From: Octopus vulgaris
Taxonomy: Eukaryota
Assembly (NCBI GenBank): GCA_951406725.2
Contig: OX597826.1
Coordinates: forward strand, 10,168,001-10,232,000
Direction of reading: 5' to 3'
Length of the DNA: 64,000 nt
The notes under the pieces were generated by a model, which saw only the letters and a program-made list of their open reading frames with translations, ran no database searches and was not told the DNA's origin. Position 1 is the first letter of the stretch. Each line of letters starts with the position of its first letter. The position numbers were made by a program, and so were the translations under genes. This document shows positions 12,206 through 25,320 of this stretch, piece by piece.

Positions 12206-14228
12206 GCCAAGTCAGCTGCCAGATGTCATTAAGAAGTTTCCTTCCCAACCATGTGGTTCTGGGTTCATTCCCATTGTATGTCACTTAGGGTAAGTGTCTT
12301 TTACCATAGCCCAGTGCCAACCAAAACCTTGTGAGTGGATTTTGTAGATGGAAACTGAAAGAAGGCTGTCATATGTATGTGTGTGTGTGTATGTGCATGT
12401 GCGTGCATTTGTGTGTGTGCATTGCATGATAGTTGTTGATGTGTATCACTGTCACATAAGCAATAGCGTTCGTTTCCAGTATTCTGCAGCAGCATGATTC
12501 TGACTATGAGGAAATATCACCTTGCTTGGAAATAGCTGAGTATTGATGGCAGGAAGGATAATATCTGCTGCAGAAAATCTGCCTCAACAAATTCCGCCTG
12601 ACCCATACAAGCATGGAAAAGGGGACGTTAAAATGACGATGATGATGATGACAAAGAAGAAGAAGAAGAAATAAACTGAATACTCACTGATGCTAATTCA
12701 TAGAATTAGCTTATAAGAAGCTGAGTTCTTCACAGACATGGTTGCCCTTAACATCCTCCGAAGACAGAATCGGTGTAACACAATGTATGATAAAGCTGGA
12801 CCTTTGAATTACAAGCACAGTGTTCATCTGATGGGCTTCTGCACAGTTTCCATCTTTCTAGATTCACTCTCAAGGCATATGTAAAACCAAGGCTATGGTA
12901 AATAACACCTGTCCAAGGTATCATGCAGAGGGATTGAACCCAGCATCTCATAACTGCAAAGAAAATTTCGTAACTATTCAACCATGACATATCTATTTGG
13001 ACCATGCATGTCATCGGTGTGAAGGTACATGGCCTAGTAGTTAGGGTGTTGTACTCATGATTGTGAGATTGTGATTTCAATTCTCAGACTGGCTGTGTTT
13101 TGTTCTTGAGCAAAACACTGAATTTCGCATTGCCCCAGTCCACTCAGCTGTAAATAGGCAATTTTGCAATAGATTGGCCTGCAAGGTTGAGATGGTGACT
13201 CAGGAAAATTACTCAGAGGTCTTGTGAGTCATGGTTTGTATTCATTGACTGAGAGGATGAACAGAACAACTTGTACTATGAATCATGACTGGTTGGGATT
13301 GGTTGATCAACTAAGTCGAAGATTGATCAACTGATGTCTTTGGTGAATGATGGCACTTCAATCTTGGCTGTCACATCTTTTATTTAGACACATTCAATCA
13401 AAGACTGTATCATACATCCTCCTCCTCCTCATCATCGCCATCATTGCAGCCATCATCGTCATACATCCATTTCCCATGTTGGCAAAAAAGACTGCAGTGT
13501 GTGAATCAAGGGAGATTTTGCTGCTATTTATAGCATGTCGAGCAACTACTTTGAGGCTTCTCCCTTGCTTCCTTGTTGGCCAGTAACACACTGAGGTCGA
13601 CTTAAACTCACCTTCAGAATAATAAGTCTTTATTTAACGCAATATGGTCAAGTGGCAATGGCATGGCATTGCTATAATTTTTGGTACTTCTGTTCCTTCA
13701 TACTTAGAAATTTAATGGAGAAATCTAATCAACCAAATGTAATGAAGAAAAAAAAAATCAATTAAAACTACCAACATATGTATGTTTACCATAGTTAATC
13801 TTTTCAAACAGTCTGCAGACAGAGGAGGTGGACATCATAGAAGGCAGTATTTAATTAGCTCCAGTCGTGTTTGTTTGCTTCTTTTCTTCTTCCTTTTTCT
13901 TTCTTTTACGGTTTTTCTTTTCTTTCCTTCTTTCTTTTTGCTTTCTTTTACTCTTTTTTTAAAATTCTTTATTTTTATTTTTATTTTTGTTTGTTAAATT
14001 TAACCAATGGATATAATAATATTCTTATTAAACGTCTATATTTGCTATAAAGTTGCAATCAAGTTTCTGTATATTTCTATTATTTAACAAATTTCTAACA
14101 TTTCCCACCATTGTCCATTCCCACCTCTCTCACCTCATTATCCTCTCTCCTGCCTTCCCCATCTCTCTCTCTGCCCCTTCTCTTCTTTCACTCTTTATAT
14201 ATATATATATAATTACACACATATGTAC

Positions 14229-14292
<64 letters not shown>

Positions 14293-15600
14293 ATCTGTAT
14301 ATACACATACACACGTCAGCAACATTGAAAGAGAGACGTTTTTGTACTCAGTTCCACTAGTTTAACTAGGTGACGTCTAGAATATAATAATTTGATAGAA
14401 TGATTTTAACAAACATTGTTAGTATTGATTTATCAGTGTTGGTCTACAAATTGTTTCTGCCAAACCAAATCACAAAATCGTCATAACAGGATGGAAGATG
14501 GAGATAACAACAACAGCAAAAACTACACAAACAAAAACCAGCATCCTTCAGAATACCAATTTCACTGAATAAATTTTTTTTTGTTGTTGTTATGTTATGG
14601 TCTGATGTTTTTTTATTTTTTTTTGTATAAGTTTTATCACGTATTGTCCTGGTATAGTAAACACTGAATATTTTAATAATAATATTTGGAAAATGTTTAA
14701 TTTCTTTCTTGTTTTTTTATTGTTATTTTTATATTTATTTATTTAATTGTTTTTTTTTGTTTTGTTTTTTTAAATTTCATTTCTATTTATTCTTCTGTCT
14801 TACTGAAATGGTTTGGTCGAGGAACATATTCGAGTACCGTAGTTTTGTGTTCGCTTTGTGTCTGGCAACATTCTCAGAGCCCTTGATCTCCCACCTACAT
14901 ATTCATAAACACACACACACACACACACAAGCACATGCATGCACACTCATTCTCTCTCTCTCTCTCTCTCTTTCTCGCCCTTATCATTACTAACCCTGTT
15001 ACATCACTTCTAGCACTGTCTATCCCATTTCTCCCTTAATCCGATACTCTCACCCCACCCCAATCACCCTGTCTTTTCCACCATACCCTATTTTCCCCTT
15101 TCACTTTGATTCACCTTCTGTAGTTATTCCAAATAAACAGAGGCAACAAAGATGAATGAGAATTCCTTTTATTTTGTAGGCTGCAATTCAAGCTTGCTGG
15201 TGCTAATGCCATGATAAAATGCACCCAGAACATTCTATAAAGTGATTGGTGAATGAGTGGAGACAATGTAGAATCAAGAGGACTCTTTTGTCCTGGCTGG
15301 CTGAGGGCACGACAAGTTCTCTGGTGTTGGTGCCAGTACACTTTGTAAAGTAGTTGGTATTGGGGAAGGCTTCCAGATTAGAAACCATACTAGAATAAAA
15401 CATACAAAAAAGATGTGCTTCCCCTACACAGCCAGAAGGGTAACACTGAAACTATGCTTGAGCCTGGTCTCCATGGCTGATGAGGGGGATCTCTATGCTT
15501 ATTTCTCCTTTGTCCATTTCTGTTGATCATTTCCCAGTTCTGTCTGAGGAGGGTCATATTACCATAATATATTTAGCACACTCACTGGCTGATTATATAT

Positions 15601-16003
15601 ACTCTTTTACTTGTTTCAGTCATTTGACTGCAGCCATGCTGGAGCACCGCCTTTAGTCGAGCAAATCGACCCCATGACTTATTCTTTGTAAGCCTAGTAC
15701 TTATTCTATCGGTCTCTTTTGCCGAACTGCTAAGTTACGGTGACGTAAACACACCGGCATTGGTTGTCAAGCGATGTTGGGGGGACAAACACAGACACAC
15801 AACCACACATACATATATATATATACATATACATATATAAGACAAGCTTCTTTTCAGTTTCCGTCTACCAAATCCACTCACAAGGCTTTGGTCGGCCCGA
15901 GGCTATAGTAGAAGACACTTGCCCAAGGTGCCACGCAGCAGGACTGAACCTGGAACCATGTGGTTGGTAAGCAAGCTACTTACCACACAGCCACTCTTGC
16001 GCC
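15601..16003 (-). mobile_element. tRNA-derived CORE-like SINE (OR-type), full length
   Basis: Reverse complement of the 22333 family. Confidence 0.85.
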
Positions 16004-17710
16004 TATATATATATACATACATACATACATACATACATACATACACATATATATATATATATCGTACACTGGAATGCATATGTACATGAAAGCAGACAAA
16101 AAAGACAAATTTCTAAGGGATCAAGATATTGGATCACCAACTGAGGCAGAGTGGAATAAACTAGAGAGATGTCTGAAATTTACAATGGAACGTGTACACA
16201 GAACCTGAGCTCAAGATATTTGAACTGGTAGTTCCGTACCATATCCACACAGTTTTTATGTGTGTAGACCGAAGTAGCTTTACTTTCACGTTTCCTCCTT
16301 TCATACACTGTAGTGTTTCTAACAAGAATGCAAACCCATGATTTATGAAATAGCAAACCAACTTATTTGTCTTATCACCTATTTTAAATCTTTAGATGTA
16401 AGGAATACTTATTAGGATCTGTTGTTGTGGAAGTTTAGCCCCAGGCAGTCTCTGTTTGAGCAGACCTATAATCAAAGGCATTCTAGCTTTTGATCATAGG
16501 TCTGAATGTAATAGCTTCGACTCACAATTTTTTCAAATATATAGCATGTCTAGGAGGATGTTATTTAATTTATTCCCCTTTCCGTAAGGTAGTAGGATAT
16601 CATATAATAAAAATTTGGGTGCTATTTCTGGAAGACTGAGTAACCATGTAGAAGCTTCACACTATAATCTGTATAAAACTCTGGTATTATTTACATTGGC
16701 CAATTAAAACGAAGTGTTTATGCAAGGGTCAAAGTGCAACAATAGCGAAGAGAGATTAATGTCTGACCCTTCAGCCAAGAGTTTTATATCTAAACTGCAC
16801 TGATTTTTCTGGTTGGGGAGAATTGAACTTGGTGAGTCTAGACACATTGTTGTACTCCTTAAACAAGACCAATCTGCCTGCCAACCTAATTGAGTATATA
16901 GATTAATGACACGGTTGAGTTGTTAGCGTTAGGAAAGAAAAAAAAAAGAAACAAAACCCACCAAGCTGCCAATAATTCATATGATATACAGATATAATTT
17001 TATGTGTGAATCTCTGTTCTATGCTTTTAACCAACTACCAACAGATGAATGATATTTTTAGAATTTTAATGATTGCTTATCGTATTTAATTAAATTTAAA
17101 ATGAATATTAGTCTGTACGAACGTTAATAAATGATTTCAATCAAGTTGATAGTAGTTAATTTGCTATTGCTTTGGTGATGGTTGCATGAAATATTGAAGA
17201 TATTGTCAATAATCTGTTGTTTTACTCTGTAAAGTCACTTAGGTCTGGAAACGCATATTGTTGATGTATTAGTGGTAATTACAGCTTAGCAGCTTGTTAG
17301 TATTAGTCTCTGTAGAAGAGAAATGCTGAAGATAAATTGTTATGTGAGCCCTGTCCGCTTGCTGTTGTTGGTAATGTAACATGTGAGCTCTGTGAGTAAG
17401 AAGTCTGCTTGGCAGTTATGTGGTTTTGAGTTCAATCTCACTGCATGGCACTTGTCTTCTATCATAGCCTGTAATTGAGCAATAACTTCTGAGTGAAGAT
17501 TTAGTTGATGGAAACAGTGTGGAAACCCACCAGTGTGTGTGTGTGTGTGTGTGTGTGTGCATGTGTGTGTGTGTGTTTATATTAGTGTGGCGTGAAAATT
17601 GCCACTTTCACACATTCTGCAGGTTTACAATGAGACTGAATAATCTCCTTTATGCTAAATGTCCACTTTGTGCAGGATGACCATAACATCTGGACATAGG
17701 CATGACAGAA

Positions 17711-17947
17711 TCTTATTTCTTTACTACCCACAAGGGGCTAAACACAGAGGGGACAAACAAGGACAGACAAACGGATTAAGTCGATTACATAGACCCCCAG
17801 TGCATAACTGGTACTTAATTTATCGACCCTGAAAGGATGAAAGGCAAAGTCAACCTCGGCGGAATTTGAACTCAGAATGTAATGGCAGACGAAATACCGC
17901 AAAGCATTTCGCCCGGCGTGCTAACGATTCTGCCAGCTCGCCGCCCT
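17711..17947 (-). mobile_element. tRNA-derived SINE with Meta-like core
   Basis: Reverse complement of aaggcggcgagctggcaga...gtcgactttgcctttcatcctttcggggtcgataaattaagtaccag. Confidence 0.85.
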
Positions 17948-18414
17948 TTAATGACAGAATCTTCTATTTCATCCATTACATTTGGTCAGCTGGAATGGAG
18001 TTTATCCATCATACTGCCTGTTTCTTTGAATTTCTTAACTGCTTTCCTCACTGTGCGAAAAGGAACAAGGGTCCGTTTTAAGATGGCATGCACTGAAATC
18101 TTTTGCTCTCTCTCAAAATGACTGTCCCCTACATCCACTGAGTAGCATCGATTCAATTCTTTCTTTGTTAGATAAAATCATATTCATATTCAATTCAAAG
18201 AAAGAAAAAGTAAAGAAACAAGGAACTTAGTGATAGTTCCCAAATGTCCAGACTTTATGGTCACCCTGTCTTGGAAGAATGATGAAATAAGCACTGGGAG
18301 GGGATATATTTAACAAAAACTCCTTGAAAGCAATGTCCTAGTGTAAGAATAACATCATGCCTTGAGTGTATTGTTGTTAACATTATGTATGTTGTTACTA
18401 ACATCATGTGTAAC

Positions 18415-18620
18415 TCTTGAAAACGAGGTAATTTCTACTCTTCTCCTCTGGAAGCCATCTGCTCGCGATACCAGAGGGCGCACACTCTCCTACCCTGATG
18501 TAATCTCCAGGGATACAGGCATCCAGCGACAGGACCTCCGTAATGCTATGATGGACCGTGAAGTCTGGCGTAGCATAGTAAATTCCATTGTCTCGACCAC
18601 GGTCGAACAATGATGATGAT
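18415..18620 (+). mobile_element. RTE-clade LINE 3' end (second family)
   Basis: LLLWKPSARDTRGRTLSYPDVISRDTG...LRNAMMDREVWRSIV followed by (GAT)n. A longer inverted copy at about 37760-38075 interrupts a SINE. Confidence 0.75.
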
Positions 18621-18764
18621 GTAACTCTACAAAGTGATTATTAACCTTTTGTGTATTTTCTCATGTTTGAGAAAAATTGTGCAACATTCCATAAAAAAAT
18701 GAGTAGAGTCACGATTCTGAAAACCCAATGATGTGTAAATGGTATTTAGAAATTAGCCTGTTAG

Positions 18765-19000
18765 AAGGCGGCAAGCTGGCAGAAACGTTAGCACGCCAGG
18801 CGAAGTGCTTAGCAGTATCTCGTCTGCCGCTACGTTCTGTGTTCAAATTCTGCTGAGGTTGACTTTGCCTTTCATCCTTTCGGGGTCGATAAATTAAGTA
18901 CCAGTTACGCACTGGAGTCGATATAATCGACTTATTCCGTTTGTCTGTCCTTGTTTGTCCCCTCTGTGTGTAGCCCCTTGTGGGCAGTAAAGAAATAAGA
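18765..19000 (+). mobile_element. Meta-like SINE
   Basis: Family consensus. Flanked by the TSD-like repeat aaattagcctgttag / aaatcagcctgttag. Confidence 0.85.
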
Positions 19001-19450
19001 AATCAGCCTGTTAGTATTAATTTTCTTTGAATTTTGTCATTTTTCTAGCACATTTATTGTCTATTCTACAACAGCAGATGGTTTTCCTGCTTATCAACTG
19101 ATACATAAACTATCTGACTGAATGATGATGTGTGAGTCTTATTGTACTGATGCTGAATGATTCAGTTTGATTTAGATTTCAGTCTTTATGTTACCTCTAG
19201 GAATTATAATTTTGAAATGTTATTTTCAAATCTGAATCCATAGTCTTATGCTAATGTCTTGATATTGACAGCTATATAATCTAAAGGGTTATTAATGATA
19301 TGAGGTCTGAAGACAGGTGAAGCAGCTGGCTAACCAGAAGTTGTCGAGACAGTCAAGCCATCTGGAAAAGTAGGGCATGCAATCATCACTTATTTAGTCA
19401 ATCAGGTAGTAAAAGGATGTATCACCTCAGTGACTGGTGAAGTGGTATCT

Positions 19451-19683
19451 AAGGCGGCGAGCTGGCAGAAACGTTAGCACGCTGGGCAAAATGCTTAGCG
19501 GTATTTCGTCTGCGTTACGTTGTGAGTTCAAATTCCACTGAGGTCGACTTTGCCTTTCATCGTTTCGGGGTCGATAAATTAAGTACCAGTTACGCACTGG
19601 GGTCGATGTAATCGACTTAATACCTATGTCTGTCCTTGTTTGTCCCCTCTATGTTTAGCCCCTTGTGGGTAGTAAAGAAATAG
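19451..19683 (+). mobile_element. Meta-like SINE
   Basis: Family consensus. Confidence 0.85.
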
Positions 19684-19699
19684 GTATCTTTGTCAAATG

Positions 19700-20400
19700 C
19701 TACAAGAACAAAAGTAAGAAGCAACTACAGAGGTATCAGATTGATGGATAAAATTATGAAGGTTAAAGAAAGAGTTATAGCAGCAGCTAATTAGGAAAGC
19801 AAAATTTAGCTTAGCCAAGATGCAGATCAAGTTTATGTAAAGACAAAGAACTATCAACCTTAGTGAGGCAACCACGAAAGAAGTTCTTCTAAAACTAGTA
19901 TTCATTGATCTGGAGAAGGCCTTTAACAGAGTTCCATATTCTGCAGCTAAGAAAATTGGGTGTAGATGAATGATTTGTCAAAGCAATGCAGTTATGTACA
20001 GAGTGTTGCCAGCAAAGTGAGTGTCAACAATGATTTCAGTAAGGAATTAAGCATACAGGTAGGTGTTCCTCATGGTTCATTTCTCAGACCTGATAATAAT
20101 AGTTTCCCAAACCATAACAGAGGAGCTCAAGTCTGACGGCGGGAAATCTTATATGCTGAAAACCTTGTTTGCAATAGCAGAATCAGTCAAAGAATTAGAG
20201 GTAAAGTTCCAAAAGGTCTAAAAGTATGTCATAGTTATAAGGAAAGAAGGTAGGATTCTATTGTCTTTTGAGAAATAGTGGCACTTAATATGCAGGTAGG
20301 AGTAGGAATTCATTTAGTGTAAACTATTTAGTGTAAACTATGGATGCAAAAGAGGTGCTGTGGGATGCTAAACAAGCTGACTGAAAACTCTGCAAATAGT
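19700..20400 (+). pseudogene. Decayed RTE-type reverse transcriptase fragment
   Basis: ttcattgatctggagaaggcctttaacagagttcca = FIDLEKAFNRVP, followed by GVPHGS- and LYAE-like remnants with stops and frameshifts. Confidence 0.7.
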
Positions 20401-21719
20401 AAATACAAAAGAATAGTTAGCAGTTAGAACATCCATAAAATAAATTGTGGCTGTGTGGTTAGTAGCTTGCATACCAACCACATGGTTCTGGGTTCAGTCC
20501 CACTGCGTGTCACCTTGGGCAAGTGTGTTCTACTATAGCCTTGGGCCGACCAAAATTTGTTATTTATACAGAAACCCTGCAGAGATTTATCATTGACACA
20601 TTATGGGGCTTTTGTCATTTTGTTGGTCATGCTCCCATCGTAGTTTATCAATGGATCACACACACATATACACAAATATACAGAATGATGACAGCTAATA
20701 TGCCAAAACATTGAAGTAATTGTCACCCATCTTATTAAAGTTTAATAAACATATACACTACTAAAAGGTATTGAGTGCTTCAGCTTAATGTTAAATTGTT
20801 TTTATATATAATTTGGCATAAAAAAGCAAACATTATCACACACACACACAAATATGTAATCATATATATGTACGTATATGTAAGTATATATGTGTGTATG
20901 TAAGTATATACACATATGTATATATACACATACATATATACGTATTTATGTGTCTATATATATATATATATATATATACATGTTTATATATGTATAAATA
21001 TGTATATGTATAAATATATACACAAGCATATATATGTGTGTGTGTGTGTGTGTGTGAGTGTCTGTGTGTGTGTATATGTTTGTGTGTAAGTATAAATTTT
21101 TCCAATAATCCTGAGATGTTTATAAGCACTGGTGTTTAGCTTAACTCTTTGGTATTATATAGATAAAAGACCAGATGACAGTCTATTGCAGATAACATCT
21201 AGCATTCAACATCAAAAATAAAATTATACTTCTCAAATACACAGTGAAACACTCACATGTAGAAACACATTTCGGTAGATTCAAACTTAGTGCTCCACAC
21301 GAAATAGGCTAATACTTTAGACATCCAGCTAGTTTGTTTCTATATTATTGACATTATAGTACCTGTCTCTATCTGCTGGCTGAATTGTTGGCTCATCATA
21401 TGAAATGCTTTGTTGCATTTCTTTTGACTTTTTACATTACGAGTTCAAATTCCACTGAAGTCGACTTTGTCTTTCATCCTTCCATGGTTGATAAAATAAA
21501 GTACCAGTCAGGATTGGAGTTGATGTTATCAACTTCCCCTCTCTTCTCAAAATTGCTGGCACTGTGCCAAAATTAGAAAGCGTTATTGTTTTCAATGTTA
21601 GAAATGGTTTCAAAGAATCAAATATACACAGATAACTGTATTAAGCATTTATGTTTTAGCATGTTGGGGATATCATGAAAGGACTTAATATGTATTTATT
21701 TAAAGTTTACCTATAGTAT

Positions 21720-22060
21720 TGTGAAGGCACATGGCTCAGTGGTTAGGGTGTTGAGCTTACGATCGTGAGGTTGTGAGCTCGAATCCCAGATCGGGCTGCA
21801 TGTTGTGTTCTTGAGCAAGACTCTTTATTTCATGTTGCTCCAGTTCACTCAGCTGTAGAAATGAGTTGCGACATCACTGGTGCCAAGCTGTATCGGCCTT
21901 TGCTTTTCCCTTGGATAACATCGTTGGCATGGAGAAAGAAGGTTGATATGCATGGGTGACTGCTGGTCTTCCATAAACAACCTTGTTTGGACTTGTGCCT
22001 GGGAGTGTATCTTTCTAGGTGCAATCCCATGGTCATTCATGACCGAAGGGGGTCTCAGCT
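21720..22060 (+). mobile_element. tRNA-derived SINE (family D)
   Basis: Box A tggctcagtgg, box B-like gctcgaatc, core ttgtgttcttgagcaagac...cactcagctg. Related split copies on the - strand at about 37520-38235 (shared head/core) and 44030-44830. Confidence 0.75.
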
Positions 22061-22332
22061 TATACCAGTTATGCTAGAAGTGAAATGGCTGAGTACATGT
22101 GGTATTAGACTGCCTATTTTGGGTGTGTGAGTTCAAATCTACTGTAGGTGTTTTACTTTTACCATTTTTTTTTGTTTTGAGCAGATCAGTTTATTCTTCA
22201 ATAATTCATTTATTCCTTAGCTAAGACAAGTTAACCAGAAGAGTAAGAGGATGTGTAAGATCTTTACGGTTCCTTCAGACTGGTGATATTGATATATCTG
22301 ATGTCCAACATAAACATTTACAGCAAACATAG

Positions 22333-22760
22333 GTGTGGAGTGGCTGTGTGGTAAGTAGCTTGCTAACCAACCACATGGTTCTGGGTTCAGTCCCACTGCG
22401 TGGCATCTTGGGCAAGTGTCTTCTGCTGTAGCCCCGGGCTGACCAATGCCTTGTGAGTGGATTTGGTAGACGGAAACTGAAAGAAGCCCGTCGTATATAT
22501 GTATATATATATATATATAAGTGTGTGTGTATATGTTTGTGTGTCTGTGTTTGTCCCCCTAGCATTGCTTGACAACCGATGCTGGTGTGTTTACGTCCCC
22601 GTCACTTAGCGGTTCGGCAAAAGAAACCGATAGAATAAGTACTGGGCTTCCAAAGAATAAGTCCCGGGGTCGATTTGCTCGACTAAAGGCGGTGCTCCAG
22701 CATGGCTGCAGTCAAATGACTGAAACAAGTAAAAGAGTAAAAGAGTAAAAGAGTAAAGAG
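22333..22760 (+). mobile_element. tRNA-derived CORE-like SINE (OR-type), full length
   Basis: tRNA-like head, cttgggcaagtg core, central (TA)/(TG)n, (GAGTAAAA)n tail. Confidence 0.85.
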
Positions 22761-23430
22761 TGGTTTGGTTTGAATACCTGTAACAAAGCAAACTCTGTTT
22801 CAGTCACAAGATGTCCAGGTGTTGGTGCTATACTTTGTTAATAATAGGCACCAGATTATCTGTGAATGTAACAGACTTGTTCCTTGTCCATAGTGAGATT
22901 TATCTGTTTATCCTTCATTTGCTTAAGAAAGTAATGAAACTCTAAAAGAAAAGAAAAGAAAAAAGTGGGATTAAAAGTAATTAAAGTATAATTCAAATAA
23001 TCTTGAGGCCTTAGCTGAATATTGTTGTATCAGTATTTTTCCTCACTATTTCACTTTGCCAAGTGTATGTAATTTACCTCTCTATTACTTTCATCATTAC
23101 CATCATGACCACCATGATTTCCATCATCATCATCACTATCACCATCACCATTTAATGTCCATTTACTATGCTAGCATGGGTTGGATGGTTTGATGGGATC
23201 TGGTGTTGCAGAACCATGTTGAGTTCTCACATTAGCTATAACATGGTTTCTATAGCTGGATGCCCTTCTTAACACAACAATATTTAACAGAATTGTTTCA
23301 GTGAGGTTGCCAATTAACTTGCAAGACAAGAAAATGAAAAGAAGAAAGAAAAAGGGAAAAAAGAAAAAGAGATGAAGAAGAATTCATGAACTTTTTTGGG
23401 GTGGGGAAGATTTGGGACTGGTGTCATTAA

Positions 23431-23650
23431 CTCTTTAACATTCAGATTACTCTGTCAAATGTAAAGCCTGCTTAATCACATTGTTTTAAATTAACTGTAC
23501 AGCATCTTGTAACTCTGAGATTTTGATGATGTCCCTGTTTATTTTTAGAATGACTTTGTAGGGTAGGTGTGAGAGGTTAGAGCTGGCTGGTTTGAGCATA
23601 TAACAGGAAGACAATTTTGGCCTGGTATGGCCAGTTTAAACACTAAAGGG
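23431..23650. mobile_element. piggyBac-type MITE (second family)
   Basis: TTAA|CTCTTTAAC ... CACTAAAGGG|TTAA. A split copy lies at 47436-48702. Confidence 0.65.
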
Positions 23651-24264
23651 TTAAAAGAGGAAGTTATTCTCATTTGAACAAAATAGCTGATATTATATTG
23701 GCATTTTCCTTTTAACAAATCATTCTGTAGCTCTGTTCATAGATATCGAATACGGGGATAAGGAAATCACTTGCTAGAAAAACAAGTAAGGGTTAGCAAC
23801 AGGAAAGGCATCCAGCTATAGAGCAATGCTTCAATATAAACAAGTCTTCATCCAATCCATGTTAGGATGGAAGAATAATAGGAAGTAGATTGAATGACCA
23901 AATTCCATACAGTGTGATTCAGAAATCCCTTTATTGTATAAAAGATAAACAGGATTAAAATGCTAAAAGGATATGTATATATATATATATATAACAATTG
24001 CAGCGTAGAAGGTGTTTGTAAGCCATTTAAGAAACACACAAAAGCCGTTCGATTCACTTCAACATTTAAGTTTAATTTGTCAAGATATTTTCATCGCTAA
24101 AATCCACGACCTGTTCACTGACAAAAATCCGTGCTGCATCTCGTGTTTCCATACATGCATTTGTGTGTTTCTTAAATGGCTTACAAACACCTTCCACGCT
24201 GCAATTGTTTTCGTTTCAGCACACGATCTCAGATCAAATCACTTGCTATGCGAGTACATCTCCG

Positions 24265-24311
<47 letters not shown>

Positions 24312-24368
24312 GGTGGCAAATGAAATAGGGATGAATGTGCATTGTCCGTTTAATTGGAAAATTCTATA

Positions 24369-24456
24369 AGTGGCTGAAGATTGTTTGACATTTTAAAACT
24401 GATGTAATACTTACAGTGTTTAATAAAATGAAGTAGCATGAAACAATTGTACTACT
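24369..24456 (+). ncRNA. Type I hammerhead ribozyme motif with long stem II
   Basis: AGTGG-CTGAAGA-(~60 nt hairpin: CATTTTA/TAAAATG, AAACTG/CAGTGTTT, GTAA/TTAC)-GAAA-CAATTG-TA-CTACT. Confidence 0.6.
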
Positions 24457-25122
24457 CTACCTTGGATATACTTGTTGCTTATTTTGATTATATATATATA
24501 TATATATATATTTCCTTCCTCTTCCTTTACTACTACTTCTGTCTACTTACACCACAGCTAATTTTCATTCTCATTACTCCACCTAACAAAGGAACACCCT
24601 GCATGCTGTCAACTTTTTCTTTGTAAAAATAGATAAATATGTATTATACTAAAAAGTATTGAGTGATCCTTCAGTTTAATGTCAAATTGTTTTAATACAC
24701 ATAATTTTTTTTGTATTCAGATATAAAATAGGAGCAGCACTAGTGTAATAAACATTATCAACCACACATACTTAACGACAAACACACAAAGCATATATGT
24801 TAAGTATGTGTGGTCGATAATATTTATATATATGTGTGTGTGTATGTGTGTGTCTCTTTCTCTTTTTTCCTATACTATCATGATATATCTAACCAAATCT
24901 TTTTTTTCTTATAATCAGATTTCAACTGCAGGATGAAGACCTTGGAGGAGTTTTACATATGAGGAAGCAACCGTAATACTATTGTTTACAATGTTTAGAA
25001 CCAAGATACACGGAAGTATATAACTTGTAGCACCAAGTTGACCAATGCAAATTGTGGGAAAAAAACGGACTTAAAACTTATGATGTTCATCCTCTCATTA
25101 TGAGCAGAGACTGCAAAATTCA

Positions 25123-25320
25123 ATGTCTTCTGGTGCTGAAAATTTGCAATCTGCTCCTGCAACAGCAGAATCAAAGCCTCAGAAACCATCTGAAAGTGAG
25201 TGTTGTGGAAGTGGATGCAAACCATGTGTTTTCGATATCTATGAACAAAGGTTAAAAGCTTGGGAAAAAGAACAGCAACGCTATAGACTGTCTTCAGAGA
25301 TCCAGAATGTAGAAACTTTG
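25123..25320 (+). CDS. CYB5RL: CYB5RL first coding exon (oxidoreductase-like N-terminal Cys domain)
   Basis: MSSGAENLQSAPATAESKPQKPSESECCGSGCKPCVFDIYEQRLKAWEKEQQ... carries the P-x-x-P-x3-ECCGSGC-x-PCVFD-x-Y motif of CYB5RL/OXLD1 N-termini. In-frame TGA upstream at 25081. Donor TTG|GTAAGT after 25320, phase 0. Candidate acceptor at 24917-24918 (AG after a T-tract). Confidence 0.9.

Noticed and set aside
14437-14571. Short + strand ORF/exon (…MEDGDNNNSKTTQTK…)
   Set aside because: Weak acceptor, low complexity and no recognisable homology.
25081-25083. In-frame TGA upstream of the CYB5RL ATG as possible selenocysteine
   Set aside because: Further in-frame stops lie just upstream (TAA at 25021, TGA at 25039) and there is no homology support.
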